Shown here: piece after piece, positions 1 to 9,785 of the stretch
Position numbering within the stretch: the first letter of the stretch is position 1
Layout: every line of letters starts with the position of its first letter
NCBI RefSeq assembly: GCF_008386585.1
Contig: NZ_VUOB01000005.1
Coordinates: 40,232-104,231 of the forward strand
Reading direction: 5' to 3'
Length of the DNA: 64,000 bases
DNA from: Solihabitans fulvus
Lineage (GTDB): Bacteria; Actinomycetota; Actinomycetes; Mycobacteriales; Pseudonocardiaceae
Notes under the pieces: model-generated
Seen by the model: the letters and a program-made list of their open reading frames with translations, nothing else
Told to the model about the DNA's origin: nothing
Databases searched by the model: none
Program-made: the position numbers and the translations under genes

Positions 1-966
1 TCCGGCCCGCTGTCCGCCGAGCTGATCCCCGGCGGCCGGTCCAACCTCACCTACCGGCTCACCGACGGGCACCACGACTGGGTGCTGCGCCGCCCGCCGC
101 TCGGGCACGTGCTGGCCACCGCGCACGACATGGGCCGCGAACACCGGATCATCTCCGCGCTGGCCGACACCGCCGTGCCGGTGCCGCACGCCGAGCTGCT
201 CTGCACCGACACCGAGGTGCTCGGCGCGCCGTTCTACCTGATGGAGCACGTGGCCGGCAGCCCGCTGCGCACCCCGGCCGACTGCGCGTGGCTGACCGAG
301 GCGCAGGCCGGCGAGCTGTCCGGCAGGCTCGTCGACGTGCTCGCCGACCTGCACGCCGTGCCGCCGGAGCAGGTCGGGCTCGGCGACTTCGGCCGCCCCG
401 ACGGGTTCCTGCACCGCCAGGTCGCCAGATGGCGCAAGCAGCTGGACGCCTCGCGCAGCCGGCAGCTCGCCGGCATCGACGAGCTGCACGAGTGGCTGTC
501 CGCCACCGTGCCTCAGTCGCCTGCCGCGACGATCGTGCACGGCGACTACCGACTGGACAACGTCCTGGTGACCGAGCGGCCGCTGGCGATCAGCGCGGTG
601 CTCGACTGGGAGATGGCCACCCTCGGCGACCCGCTGGCCGACCTCGGGCTGCTCTGTGTCTACTGGCGCGGCCTCGGCGCGGCCAACGATCCGATCACCG
701 GCGGCGTCTCGGCCCTGCCCGGTTTCTGGTCGGCCGACCAGCTGGTGGCGCGCTACGCCGAACGCAGCGGCCTCGACGTCAGCGGGCTCGGCTGGTACGT
801 GGCGTTCGGGTACTTCAAGCTCGCCGTGATCGTCGAGGGCATCCACTACCGGTTCACCACCGGCGGCACCGTGGGCGCCGGGTTCGAACGCCTCGGCGCG
901 ATGACCGAGCCGCTGGTGCGCCAGGGCCTGGCCGCGTCCCGCCACACCACAACGGGAGATGTCTGA
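1..966 (+). CDS. Phosphotransferase family protein (APH/choline-kinase-like), 5'-truncated by the window edge
   Basis: Frame is open from nt 1. Motifs [11 protein letters not shown] (Brenner catalytic motif) and DWE are present. Stop TGA overlaps the ATG of the next gene (TGATG). Confidence 0.75.
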   Translation, partial: SGPLSAELIPGGRSNLTYRLTDGHHDWVLRRPPLGHVLATAHDMGREHRIISALADTAVPVPHAELLCTDTEVLGAPFYLMEHVAGSPLRTPADCAWLTEAQAGELSGRLVDVLADLHAVPPEQVGLGDFGRPDGFLHRQVARWRKQLDASRSRQLAGIDELHEWLSATVPQSPAATIVHGDYRLDNVLVTERPLAISAVLDWEMATLGDPLADLGLLCVYWRGLGAANDPITGGVSALPGFWSADQLVARYAERSGLDVSGLGWYVAFGYFKLAVIVEGIHYRFTTGGTVGAGFERLGAMTEPLVRQGLAASRHTTTGDV

Positions 967-2177
967 TGGACTTCGCTTTCGACGCGCGGACCGAGGAACT
1001 GCGGGCCGAGCTGCTCGCCTTCATGGACGAGTTCGTGTACCCGGCAGAGCCGGTCTTCGCCGAGCAGTTGGCCACCTCGACACCGCAGTGGGCGCGGCCC
1101 GCGGTCGTCGAGGAGCTCAAGTCGCAGGCGAGGGCGCGCGGGCTGTGGAACCTGTTCCTGCCCGACGCCGAGCACGGCGCGGGCCTGACCAACCTCCAGT
1201 ACGCGCCGTTGGCCGAGATCACCGGCCGCAGCCCGGCGATCGCGCCCGAGGCGCTCAACTGCGCCGCGCCCGACACCGGCAACATGGAGCTGCTGGCCGA
1301 GTTCGGCAGCCCCGAGCAGCAGCAGCGGTGGCTGACCCCGTTGCTGGACGGGCGGATCCGGTCCGCGTTCTGCATGACCGAGCCCGAGGTCGCCTCCTCC
1401 GACGCCACCAACGTGGCGACCAGGATCGACCGCGACGGCGACCACTACGTCATCAACGGCCACAAGTGGTGGTCCTCGGGCGCGATGAGCCCGCAGTGCG
1501 AGATCCTCATCGTGATGGGCAAGACCGACTCGTCCGCCGAGCGCCACCAGCAGCAGAGCATGGTGCTGGTGCCCACCGACACCCCGGGAGTGACGATCCG
1601 GCGCGGCGTGCACGTGTTCGGATACACCGACTCCGCGCACGGCGGCCACGGCGAGGTCGAGTTCCGCGACGTCCGGGTGCCGGTGTCGAACCTGATCGGC
1701 GGCGAGGGCACGGGTTTCGCGATCGCCCAGGCCAGGCTCGGCCCCGGCCGCATCCACCACTGCATGCGGCTGATCGGCATGGCCGAGCGCGCGCTGGAAC
1801 TGATGTGCCGCAGGGTTTCCGCGCGTGTCGCCTTCGGGAAACCGTTGGCGCAGCAGGGTGTCATCCAGGAGTGGATCGCGGAGGCGCGGGTGCGCATCGA
1901 GGGCGCCAGGCTGCTGGTGCTCAAGACCGCGTGGCTGATGGACACCGTGGGCAACAAGGGCGCGCACACCGAGATCCAGGCCATCAAGATCGGCACGCCG
2001 CTGATGGCGGAGTGGGTCATCGACAAGGCGATCCAGGCGCACGGCGGCGGCGGCGTGAGCCAGGACTTCCCGCTGGCGCAGCTGTGGGCGCAGGCGCGGC
2101 TGCTGCGCCTGGCCGACGGGCCGGACGAGGTGCACAGGATGTCGCTGGCCAAGCGGGAACTCAAGCGATACCAGTAG
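966..2177 (+). CDS. Acyl-CoA dehydrogenase
   Basis: 403-aa product with ACAD N, middle and C-terminal signatures ([40 protein letters not shown]). The track ORF 288..2177 is an in-frame upstream extension; ATG 966 is coupled to the upstream stop. Confidence 0.9.
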   Translation: MDFAFDARTEELRAELLAFMDEFVYPAEPVFAEQLATSTPQWARPAVVEELKSQARARGLWNLFLPDAEHGAGLTNLQYAPLAEITGRSPAIAPEALNCAAPDTGNMELLAEFGSPEQQQRWLTPLLDGRIRSAFCMTEPEVASSDATNVATRIDRDGDHYVINGHKWWSSGAMSPQCEILIVMGKTDSSAERHQQQSMVLVPTDTPGVTIRRGVHVFGYTDSAHGGHGEVEFRDVRVPVSNLIGGEGTGFAIAQARLGPGRIHHCMRLIGMAERALELMCRRVSARVAFGKPLAQQGVIQEWIAEARVRIEGARLLVLKTAWLMDTVGNKGAHTEIQAIKIGTPLMAEWVIDKAIQAHGGGGVSQDFPLAQLWAQARLLRLADGPDEVHRMSLAKRELKRYQ

Positions 2178-2184
2178 GTTCCGC

Positions 2185-2226
2185 CGGGTTCCTGGGATGC
2201 GCCCGCGAGCACATCCCAGGGACCCG
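2185..2226. terminator. GC-rich hairpin between convergent genes (CCGGGTtCCTGGGATG ... CATCCCAGGgACCCGG)
   Basis: Inverted repeat read directly from the sequence; sits between the convergent 3' ends of the ACAD gene and the ABC permease gene. Confidence 0.4.
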
Positions 2227-2232
2227 GTCGTC

Positions 2233-4749
2233 CTACCGCTCCGCCATCCCGGCCACGAGCGAACCCCGCGCGGCGCGGCGGGCCGGGATCAGGGCGGCGA
2301 GCGGCGCGGCCAGCACCGCAGCCCCCAGCAGCACGCCGAGCCGGCCCAACGGCAGCGTGAACAGCACGGGTTGGGCACCGGTCGAGGCCACCCGCGCGAG
2401 CAGCCAGGCCGAGCCGACGCCGAGCAGCAACCCGCAGGCCGCGCCGAACAGCGCCACGAACACCGACTCCACCGCGATGGCGCCGCCGAGCCCGCCCCTG
2501 GTCAGCCCGAGCGCGCGCAGCAGGGCCGACTCGCGGGTCCGCTCAAGCACCGACAGCGACAGCGTGTTGGCGATGCCGGCGAACGCGATCAGCACGGCAA
2601 GCGCGGCCAGCGCCCACATCAGGTTCAGCGTGCCGCGCAGCGGCGCCGACATCCGGTCCTTGAGGTCGGCGACGCTGTTGAGCGTGGCGAGCGGCGCGGC
2701 GGCCAGCGCCCGTTCCAGCGCGGGCCGGACCTGGTTCGGGTCGGCGCCCTCGGCGAGCCGAACCAGGATGCTGCCGTCGTAGCTGAATCCGGTGGGGTCC
2801 AGCGCCGGCAGCTGGCCGAGGTCGACCACGGCGAGCCGGAGGTCGACGCCGGGGGCCTGGACGCTGTCGTAGACCGCGACGGCCCGCAGCGGGACCGGGT
2901 TGCCCCGGGGGCCCGCCTGCACGGTGTCGCCGACGGCGACCCCCGTCTGCCTGGCGAGTTCCTGGCTCACGGCCAGTTCCCCTGGACCGAGCCGGTCGAG
3001 GTGGCCGGACAACACCACGGGCCGCAGCAGGCCGCCGAACGCGTCGCCGCGCACGGCGGTCATGCCCCAGCCCCCGAGCGCGCCGAGGTCCCCCGAGAAC
3101 GACACCCTCGGCGCGGCGGCCGCGACGCCGGGGACGGCGGCGAGGGTGGCCGGGAGGGTCGGCGGCAGCGGCTGGCTGTCGAGCAGCGAGGTGACGGTGA
3201 ACTGGGCCGCCAGCTGCTGGTCGAGACTGCGGCTCTGGCCTGCCTCGACGCCGGCCGCCATCGTGGTCACCAGCGACACGACGGCCAGCCCGATGGTGAG
3301 CGCGGCGGCGCTGGCCGCGGTGCGCTTCGGGTTCCGGCCGGCGTTGAGCGCGGCCAGCCTCGCGGACCGGCCGAGCATCGGGGCGCAGATCGCGCCGAGC
3401 GCCCGCATGACCGAGCCCACCAGCAGCGGCCCCGTGGCAAGCACCGCGCCGAGCAGCGCGACCATCGCCGCGACGGAGAGCGCGGCCCCCGCCTGCGCCT
3501 CGACGCGCAGCGCGAACACGGCCGCGCCGACACCCACCGCGAGCAGCGCGAGCCCGGCGATCGTCCTCGGCCGCCCGGCGCGGGCCGACCTGCCCTCCAG
3601 CGGCGTCCGCAGCGCGTCGACCGGGGCGACCCTGGTCGCCGCCCTGGCCGGCAGCGCCGCGGCCAGGGCCGTCACCAGCACCCCGATCGCCAAGGAAGCG
3701 ACGACCGTCCGCGCGGTGACGGGGAGGTACACCGTCGCGTGATGCCCGCCGAGCGCGCCGACGATCGACTGGAGGGCGGCGGCGACGCCGCGCCCGCCGC
3801 ACAGCCCGACCACGGACGCGACCGCGCCGACCGCGGCGGCTTCGGCGAGCACGGACGCGAACACCTGGCGTTTCCCCGCCCCGACGCAGCGCAGCAGCGC
3901 CAGCTCCCTGGCCCGCTGCGCGACGAGGATCGTGAACGAGTTGATGATCACCATCGCGGCCACGATCATCGCGAGCACGGCGAACGCGGTGAAGAAGCCG
4001 GTCAGGCCGCTGGAGTCGGGAGCCGTGTTGTCGAGGAGCCGCGCGGCGGCCTCCTGCCCGGTCACCACCTCGACGCCCCGGCCGCCGACGGCCCCGGTGA
4101 GGTCGGCGACGAGCCTCGGTCGGCCGACACCCGGTGTCGCGCGCACCACGATCTCGTCGAACCCCTGCCCCCTGGCCAGTTGGCGCAGGGCCTCGGGCAG
4201 CAGCACCAGCGCGGCCGCGCCGATGCCGGCGTCGGTCGGCCGGGTGACGGTGCCGACCAGCGTGAAGGTGTGCTGCCGGCCGTCCTGGTCGAGGACGGTC
4301 ACGAGTTGGCCAAGCGCGTGGCCCTCGGCGGTGTCCCGCTCGATCGCGATCTCGCCGGCAGTGCCGGGAAGTCGACCGTCGGCGAGGTCGAAGGGGCGCA
4401 GCCCCTGATCGGCCGGCAACGTGGTCGCGCTGGTTTCCCTCGGGCGGCCCGAGGCGTCACGCAGCAGCGCGCCGACGGTGCTGCGGCCCTCGGCCGCGGC
4501 GACGCCGTGCACCCCGCGGACCGTGGCCAGCAGTTCGTCGTCGAGCGCGGCCCCGCCCCGGCGGGTCTGGCTGATCGACGCATCCACCCCTCGGGTCTGG
4601 ACGGCGACGGCGTCGCGGAGTCCGGCGTGGACGGCGTCGGACAGCACGAGCGACCCGGCGACGAAGGCGACGCCGAGCGCGACGGCGACGGCCGAGAGCA
4701 GCAGGCGCAGGGGGCGGGCCCGCAGCCCGGCCAGGACGGTTCGCAGCAT
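2233..4749 (-). CDS. ABC transporter permease, FtsX/MacB-like with duplicated permease domains (838 aa)
   Basis: Real start is MLRTVLAGLRARPLRLLL at ATG 4749, overlapping the ATPase stop (GTGATG). The track ORF 2233..5112 is an upstream extension. Two FtsX-type 4-TM blocks with a large extracytoplasmic region. Confidence 0.85.
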   Translation of the reverse strand: MLRTVLAGLRARPLRLLLSAVAVALGVAFVAGSLVLSDAVHAGLRDAVAVQTRGVDASISQTRRGGAALDDELLATVRGVHGVAAAEGRSTVGALLRDASGRPRETSATTLPADQGLRPFDLADGRLPGTAGEIAIERDTAEGHALGQLVTVLDQDGRQHTFTLVGTVTRPTDAGIGAAALVLLPEALRQLARGQGFDEIVVRATPGVGRPRLVADLTGAVGGRGVEVVTGQEAAARLLDNTAPDSSGLTGFFTAFAVLAMIVAAMVIINSFTILVAQRARELALLRCVGAGKRQVFASVLAEAAAVGAVASVVGLCGGRGVAAALQSIVGALGGHHATVYLPVTARTVVASLAIGVLVTALAAALPARAATRVAPVDALRTPLEGRSARAGRPRTIAGLALLAVGVGAAVFALRVEAQAGAALSVAAMVALLGAVLATGPLLVGSVMRALGAICAPMLGRSARLAALNAGRNPKRTAASAAALTIGLAVVSLVTTMAAGVEAGQSRSLDQQLAAQFTVTSLLDSQPLPPTLPATLAAVPGVAAAAPRVSFSGDLGALGGWGMTAVRGDAFGGLLRPVVLSGHLDRLGPGELAVSQELARQTGVAVGDTVQAGPRGNPVPLRAVAVYDSVQAPGVDLRLAVVDLGQLPALDPTGFSYDGSILVRLAEGADPNQVRPALERALAAAPLATLNSVADLKDRMSAPLRGTLNLMWALAALAVLIAFAGIANTLSLSVLERTRESALLRALGLTRGGLGGAIAVESVFVALFGAACGLLLGVGSAWLLARVASTGAQPVLFTLPLGRLGVLLGAAVLAAPLAALIPARRAARGSLVAGMAER

Positions 4750-5495
4750 CACACCCCCAGGTTCGTCAGCGCCGCGAGCACGGTGTCGGCGGTGGGGCGG
4801 GTGAGGTGGGCGGCGACGCGGCCGTCGGCCAGCAACACGCCGTGGTCGGTGTAGGACGCGGCGACGGGGTCGTGGGTCACCATCACAACGGTCTGGTCGA
4901 GTTCGCGGACCGAGGTGCGCAGGAAGTCGAGCACCTCGGCGCCGGCGCGCGAGTCGAGGTTGCCGGTCGGCTCGTCGGCGAACACGACCTGCGGCCGGCC
5001 GACGAGTGCCCTGGCGCACGCCACCCGCTGCTGCTGGCCGCCCGAGAGCTCGCCCGGCGTGTGCCGCAGCCGGGTGCGCAGGCCGAGCGCGTCGACGACC
5101 GTGTCGAACCACGCCAGGTCGGGTCGGCGGCCGGCGAGCCGCAGGCCGAGCAGGATGTTGTCCTGCGCGGTCATGGTCGGCAACAGGTTGAACGACTGGA
5201 ACACGAACCCGACCCGGTCCCGCCGCAGCCTGGTCAGCGCCGCGTCGGACAGGCCGGTGAGGTCGGTCTGTCCGATCAGGACTTTCCCATCGTCCACAGT
5301 GTCCAGACCGGCCAGACAGTGCATGAGCGTGGACTTGCCAGAGCCGGACGGGCCCATGATCGCGGTGAAGCGGCGGGCGGCGAAGTCGACGGACACGTGG
5401 TCGAGCGCCCGCACCGCCGTGTCACCGTTTCCGTAGGTCTTCACGACGTCCGCCACGCCGGCCGCCGCCGGACCGTCCACTGTGTTCCCGAGCAT
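4749..5495 (-). CDS. ABC transporter ATP-binding protein (MacB/LolD-type ATPase)
   Basis: Walker A GPSGSGKST, signature LSGGQQQRVACARAL, Walker B VVFADEPTGNLD, H-loop VTHD. Confidence 0.9.
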   Translation of the reverse strand: MLGNTVDGPAAAGVADVVKTYGNGDTAVRALDHVSVDFAARRFTAIMGPSGSGKSTLMHCLAGLDTVDDGKVLIGQTDLTGLSDAALTRLRRDRVGFVFQSFNLLPTMTAQDNILLGLRLAGRRPDLAWFDTVVDALGLRTRLRHTPGELSGGQQQRVACARALVGRPQVVFADEPTGNLDSRAGAEVLDFLRTSVRELDQTVVMVTHDPVAASYTDHGVLLADGRVAAHLTRPTADTVLAALTNLGV

Positions 5496-5575
5496 GTGCT
5501 CCCCTGAACGAGCCTGGAAGACAGCCGCCCGTCGCGACCGCCACGGCGATCATCGCCGGGCGCGACTGAACGGCT

Positions 5576-5603
5576 CCTGAAGCGACCTGAACAACGCTTC
5601 AGG
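5576..5603. promoter_or_regulatory. 9-bp inverted repeat CCTGAAGCG-N10-CGCTTCAGG in a divergent promoter region
   Basis: Lies between the divergently transcribed ABC ATPase (-) and OmpR-family regulator (+). A GGGAGG RBS precedes ATG 5636. Confidence 0.35.
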
Positions 5604-5635
5604 AACGGCCGCGCGGATCTGGGAGGATCGACTCC

Positions 5636-6310
5636 ATGCGGGTGCTGGTGGTCGAGGACGAGAGGCGGTTGGCCGAGACGCTCCAATGGGGGCTGGAGGC
5701 CGACGGCTACGCCGTGGACCTCGCGCACGACGGCGTGGACGGGCTTGAACTCGCGCAGTCGCATCCCTACCAGGTGATCGTGCTGGACATCATGCTGCCA
5801 AGGCTCAACGGCTACCGCGTCTGCGCGGCGCTGCGGGAACGCGGGGTGACGACGCCGATCCTCATGCTCACCGCCAAGAACGGCGAGTACGACGAGGCCG
5901 AGGCGCTGGACACCGGCGCGGACGACTTCCTGAGCAAACCGTTCTCCTACGTGGTGCTCACGGCGCGGCTGCGCGCCCTCGTCCGCCGGGGCCGGACCGG
6001 CTCGGCCGCGCCGCTCGCCTTCGGCGACCTGGTGCTCGACCCGGCGCGGCGAACGTGCCGGCGCGCCGGTCAGCCGGTCACGCTGACCAGCAAGGAGTTC
6101 GCGGTGCTCGAGTGCCTGCTGCGGCAGCAGGGGCAGGTCGTCGCCAAGCGCGAGATCCTCGAGCAGGTGTGGGACCTGGCCTATCGGGGCGACCCGAACA
6201 TCGTCGAGGTCTACGTGAGCGCGTTGCGGCGGAAGCTGGACGCGCCGTTCGGCCGCCGCACCATCGCGACCGTGCGGGGCGTCGGCTACCGGCTGGTCGC
6301 GGATGAGTAG
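5636..6310 (+). CDS. OmpR/PhoB-family response regulator
   Basis: Receiver domain (VLVVEDE, D in VIVLDIMLP, LMLTAK) plus winged-helix output (LTSKEFAVLECLL, VRGVGYRL). Confidence 0.9.
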   Translation: MRVLVVEDERRLAETLQWGLEADGYAVDLAHDGVDGLELAQSHPYQVIVLDIMLPRLNGYRVCAALRERGVTTPILMLTAKNGEYDEAEALDTGADDFLSKPFSYVVLTARLRALVRRGRTGSAAPLAFGDLVLDPARRTCRRAGQPVTLTSKEFAVLECLLRQQGQVVAKREILEQVWDLAYRGDPNIVEVYVSALRRKLDAPFGRRTIATVRGVGYRLVADE

Positions 6311-7790
6311 CTGGTGGCCGGTGTCGGTCCGGCGGAGCACCGCGCTGTCGGCCGCGCTGCTCTGCGCGGTGGTGTTCACGCTGGGGTGGCTGGGGACGCG
6401 CCTGTTCGTGAGCGGGCAGCTGACCGACAACGCCGTGAACGCGACACGCACCGAGCTGGACCAGTTGACCGCGGCCTACCGCGCGGCGTCGCTCGGCGGT
6501 GGGCGGGCCGCGCTGGCCGCGGCGGTCCCGAGCGGCGACGCGATGTTCGCGGTCGTCGCGGACTCCGGGCAGGCGGTGTTGAGCAGCGCCAACCTGCGCC
6601 GCCTCGATCCGGCGTGGACTCCGCCACCGCCCGCCCCTGCCGGGGCGCGGCCCGACTGGACCGCCACCACGAGCGTCACGCTGCGGCCCGGCCAGCATCC
6701 GCAGTGGCGCGAGTACCGCGCCTACACCGTGGTGGGCCGCGTGCTCGACGACGTGCCCGCCGCCCTGGTGGAGCCGCTCGGCCGCGAGGGCCCGACCCTG
6801 GACCACGGGCTGGGCGGCGCGACCACGGCGACGCGCTACCGGCTCACGCTGTACCTGTTCGCGCAGCCGTGGAACACGGTGTCCGCGCTGCGCCTGTTCG
6901 ACGCCGCGTTGGCGTTCTTCGTGCCGTTGGCGGTACTGGTCACGGCCCTGGTCGCGTGGTTCGCGGCGGGGCGGGCGCTGCGGCCGGTCGAGGCGATCCG
7001 CCGGGAGCTGGCCGAGGTCAGCGGCAGCCAGCTCGACCGGCGCGTGCCGGTGCCCGACTCCCGCGACGAGATCGCCCGCCTGGCCCGCACCACGAACACG
7101 ACCCTCGACCGGCTGCAACACGCGCACGACCAGCAGGAGCGCTTCGTCGCCGACGCCAGCCACGAGCTGCGCAGCCCGCTCGCGAACCTGCGGGCCGGTC
7201 TCGAGGTCGCGCTCGCGCACCAGGACCGGGCGGACTGGCCCGCCGTCGCCCACCGGTCGCTGCTGGACGTCCAGCGCCTCCAGCGGATCACGGCGGATCT
7301 GCTCCAGCTCGCCGCCGACCCGACCGAGGTTCCCTCGGCGTCGGAGGTCGTCGACCTCGCGGACGTCGTCGAGGAACAGGTGGCCGAACGCTCGCTCGCG
7401 CCGAGCGGCCCGACCGTCAAGTCCATTGTGGACGGACCGGCGCCGGTGGTCGGCGAAGCAGTTCAGCTCGAACGCCTCCTGCGCAACCTGGTGGACAACG
7501 CGGTGCGGCACGGGCACTCCGTGGTCACCGTGCGCCTGACCGCAGCGCAGGACGAGGTCGTCCTCGAGGTGCTCGACGACGGTCCCGGCATCCCCGCCGC
7601 CGACCGCGACCGCGTCTTCGACCGCTTCGCCCGCCTCGACGACGCGCGCGCGAGGGACGCGGGCGGGTCCGGCCTCGGCCTCACCCTCGCCCGCGACATC
7701 GCCACCCGACACGGCGGATCCCTCCGGGTGGCGGACAGCGACTCGGGCGCCAGGCTCGTCGCGCGCCTGCCCCGCGCGCAGTCACGCTGA
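6303..7790 (+). CDS. Sensor histidine kinase (HAMP-HisKA-HATPase_c), partner of the OmpR-family regulator
   Basis: Overlaps the regulator stop by 8 nt. H-box ADASHELRSPL, N-box LLRNLVDNAVRHG, G-boxes DDGPGI and GGSGLGL; two TM segments flank a periplasmic loop. Confidence 0.85.
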   Translation: MSSWWPVSVRRSTALSAALLCAVVFTLGWLGTRLFVSGQLTDNAVNATRTELDQLTAAYRAASLGGGRAALAAAVPSGDAMFAVVADSGQAVLSSANLRRLDPAWTPPPPAPAGARPDWTATTSVTLRPGQHPQWREYRAYTVVGRVLDDVPAALVEPLGREGPTLDHGLGGATTATRYRLTLYLFAQPWNTVSALRLFDAALAFFVPLAVLVTALVAWFAAGRALRPVEAIRRELAEVSGSQLDRRVPVPDSRDEIARLARTTNTTLDRLQHAHDQQERFVADASHELRSPLANLRAGLEVALAHQDRADWPAVAHRSLLDVQRLQRITADLLQLAADPTEVPSASEVVDLADVVEEQVAERSLAPSGPTVKSIVDGPAPVVGEAVQLERLLRNLVDNAVRHGHSVVTVRLTAAQDEVVLEVLDDGPGIPAADRDRVFDRFARLDDARARDAGGSGLGLTLARDIATRHGGSLRVADSDSGARLVARLPRAQSR

Positions 7791-7842
7791 CGAGTTCCGG
7801 CGCGGGACCTCGGCCGCTGACCGCGCCTGTGTCGACGGCCGG

Positions 7843-8517
7843 TCAGTCGGCGGCGGGGACGACCACGCCGGCGTCGTAGGCCGCGATCACCAGTTGCGCG
7901 CGGTCGCGGGCGTGCAGCTTGGCCAGCAGGTGGCTCACGTGACTCTTGACCGTGCCGGCGCCGAGGTGCAGGTGCGCGGCGATCTCGCCGTTGGACAGCC
8001 CGCGCGCGATCAGGCCGAGCACCTCCAGCTCCCGCTCGGTGACCCCGGCCAGCCGCGCGGCCCTCGGCCGCGCCGCCTCCGGCTGCCGCGTGTACTCCGC
8101 GACCAGGCGCCGCGTCACGGTCGGCGCGAACAGGCCCTCGCCCGCGGCCACCACGTGGATGGCGGCCAACAGGTTGGCCGGCCGGGTGTCCTTGAGCAGG
8201 AACCCGCTGGCTCCGGCGCGCAGCGCCGCGTACACGTAACGGTCCAGGTCGAACATGGTGAGGATCAGGACGCGGGTACCGCTCGTCTCGGGGTCCGCAC
8301 AGATCCGGGCCGTGGCCTCGATGCCGTCCAGCTCCGGCATCCGCACATCCATCAGCACGACGTCGGGGCGTTCCGCGCGCGTCAGCTCGACGGCCTCCGC
8401 GCCGGTCGCCGCCTCGCCGACCACGGTCAGGCCCGGCGCGGTGTCCACCAGGACCCGAAAGCTGCCGCGCAACAGCGCCTGGTCGTCGGCCACGAGCACC
8501 CGGACCGGCTCGGTCAC
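7843..8517 (-). CDS. NarL/LuxR-family response regulator
   Basis: GTG start overlaps the upstream kinase stop (GTGA). Receiver domain (VLVADDQ, VVLMDVRMP) and LuxR HTH (LTERELEVLGLIARGLSNGEIA). Confidence 0.85.
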   Translation of the reverse strand: MTEPVRVLVADDQALLRGSFRVLVDTAPGLTVVGEAATGAEAVELTRAERPDVVLMDVRMPELDGIEATARICADPETSGTRVLILTMFDLDRYVYAALRAGASGFLLKDTRPANLLAAIHVVAAGEGLFAPTVTRRLVAEYTRQPEAARPRAARLAGVTERELEVLGLIARGLSNGEIAAHLHLGAGTVKSHVSHLLAKLHARDRAQLVIAAYDAGVVVPAAD

Positions 8518-9722
8518 CGGTCGTCCCGTTCCTGGTAGGGCAGGCGGGCCGACACGGCGAAGCCGCCCTCCCGCCGCGTGCCGGCGCCGAACTCCCCGCC
8601 GTAGGCCATCGTCCGCTCCCACATGCCGACCAGCCCGTGCCCGGACCGGCCCTGCCCGGCACGCAGGCCGGGACCGTCGTCCGCGACCACCACGCGCACC
8701 TCCCGGCCGTCCGCCTCGACCGTCACGGCGGCCCGCGCGGGCGCGGCGTGCTTCACCACGTTCGTCAGCGCCTCCTGCACGATCCGGTACACCGACACCC
8801 CGACCCCCTCCGGCAGCTCGGTCGTCCCACGCACGTCCAGGTCGACCCGCACCCCGGCCATCGCGGCGCGCTCGGCCAGCGCCGGCAGGCCGGCGAGCCC
8901 CGGCACCGGGTCGAACTCGCCCTCCGGCGGGTCGGCGTCGGCCGGCTCGTCCGGCCGCAGCACGCCGAGGAGGTGGCGCAGCTCGGTGAGCGCGCCCCGG
9001 CTGGTGTCCTCGATGACGCGCAGCGCGTCGTGCGCCTCCTCGGGACGGGACCGCGCCACGTGGTTGGCGACGCCGGCCTTGACCGCGATCAACCCGATGC
9101 TGTGCGTCACCACGTCGTGCAGCTCCCGCGCGATGCGCAGGCGTTCCCCGAGCACGGCCCGGTCGGCGAGCTGGGCGGCGAACCTCGCGACGTAGGCGCG
9201 CCGGTCCCGCACGGCCCGGCCGATCGTCCAGGCTCCGCCGAGCAGGACCGCGCCGCGCAGCGCGAGCGCGAGGCCGTCCGCGTGCCAGGTCGGCGTGCCC
9301 GAGATCAGCGCCAGGGCAGCGAGCGCGCCGATCACCGGTGTCGGCACCCACCAGCGGCGCGGTTCGGCCAACGCGACCGGATACAGCGCGAAGGCCGCCA
9401 TGGCGAACGGATCCCGCAGCACGCCGACCGCCAACGACAGCAGCGACATCGCCGCGACCACCCCGAACACCGGCACCGGCCACATCCGCCGCGCGGCACA
9501 GGGGAGCCCGACCCCGGCCACCAGCAGGCACTGCGCCCACACCGGCATGGCCGCGCCGCGCGCGGCGACGGTGACCGCGACGAGCACCGCCGTGTAGCCC
9601 GCCGCGATCACCGCGTCGACGGCGACCAGCCGGTCCCGACTCATCGGCCGGGCCACCCGGCGGCCGGCGGCCGCGTCGCTGTCACGCACCCACCGACGGT
9701 ATCCGTTGCGATCATCGCGCAC
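8514..9722 (-). CDS. Sensor histidine kinase, HisKA_3 (NarX/DesK/LiaS-like)
   Basis: H-box ARELHDVVTHSIGLIAVKA, HATPase (DDGPGL, GHGLVGMWER), N-terminal TM helices. An alternative ATG at 9644 gives the start MSRDRLVAVDAVIAAGY. Confidence 0.8.
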   Translation of the reverse strand: MRDDRNGYRRWVRDSDAAAGRRVARPMSRDRLVAVDAVIAAGYTAVLVAVTVAARGAAMPVWAQCLLVAGVGLPCAARRMWPVPVFGVVAAMSLLSLAVGVLRDPFAMAAFALYPVALAEPRRWWVPTPVIGALAALALISGTPTWHADGLALALRGAVLLGGAWTIGRAVRDRRAYVARFAAQLADRAVLGERLRIARELHDVVTHSIGLIAVKAGVANHVARSRPEEAHDALRVIEDTSRGALTELRHLLGVLRPDEPADADPPEGEFDPVPGLAGLPALAERAAMAGVRVDLDVRGTTELPEGVGVSVYRIVQEALTNVVKHAAPARAAVTVEADGREVRVVVADDGPGLRAGQGRSGHGLVGMWERTMAYGGEFGAGTRREGGFAVSARLPYQERDDR

Positions 9723-9785
9723 CTCTGCCCGTGGGCTGTCGGCCTCAGGTCCTGGTTGCCCACGCGGAACTCCGCCGCGGCTCCG

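Noticed and set aside
288-2177. 629-aa ORF starting at 288
   Set aside because: In-frame upstream extension of the ACAD gene that overlaps the phosphotransferase gene in another frame. The real start is ATG 966, coupled to the upstream stop.
846-2782. Long ORFs antisense to or overlapping the ACAD gene (846-2135 -, 959-2782 +, 854-1411 -, 1445-2212 -)
   Set aside because: Arg/Pro/Gly/Ala-rich low-complexity translations typical of wrong frames in high-GC DNA. No domains. They overlap a strongly supported gene.
2197-4854. 885-aa + strand ORF and 419-aa/280-aa ORFs inside the ABC permease locus
   Set aside because: Antisense or off-frame to the FtsX permease gene; the translations are RG/RD-rich repeats with no motif content.
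6078-7879. 544-aa (-) and 521-aa (+) ORFs overlapping the histidine kinase gene
   Set aside because: Alternative frames of the HK gene. Homology-type motifs (H/N/G boxes) are only in the 6303-7790 frame.
7463-9540. 399-aa ORF (7463-8662 -) and the N-terminal 340 aa of the 565-aa ORF (7843-9540 -)
   Set aside because: Off-frame overlaps of the RR/HK genes. The response regulator really starts at GTG 8517.
8637-9785. N-terminal part of 640-aa ORF 8637-10559 and 551-aa ORF 9731-11386
   Set aside because: Only the C-terminal portions (9786-10559 and 10556-11386) show ABC ATPase and ABC-2 permease features. The upstream parts run antisense through the HK gene.
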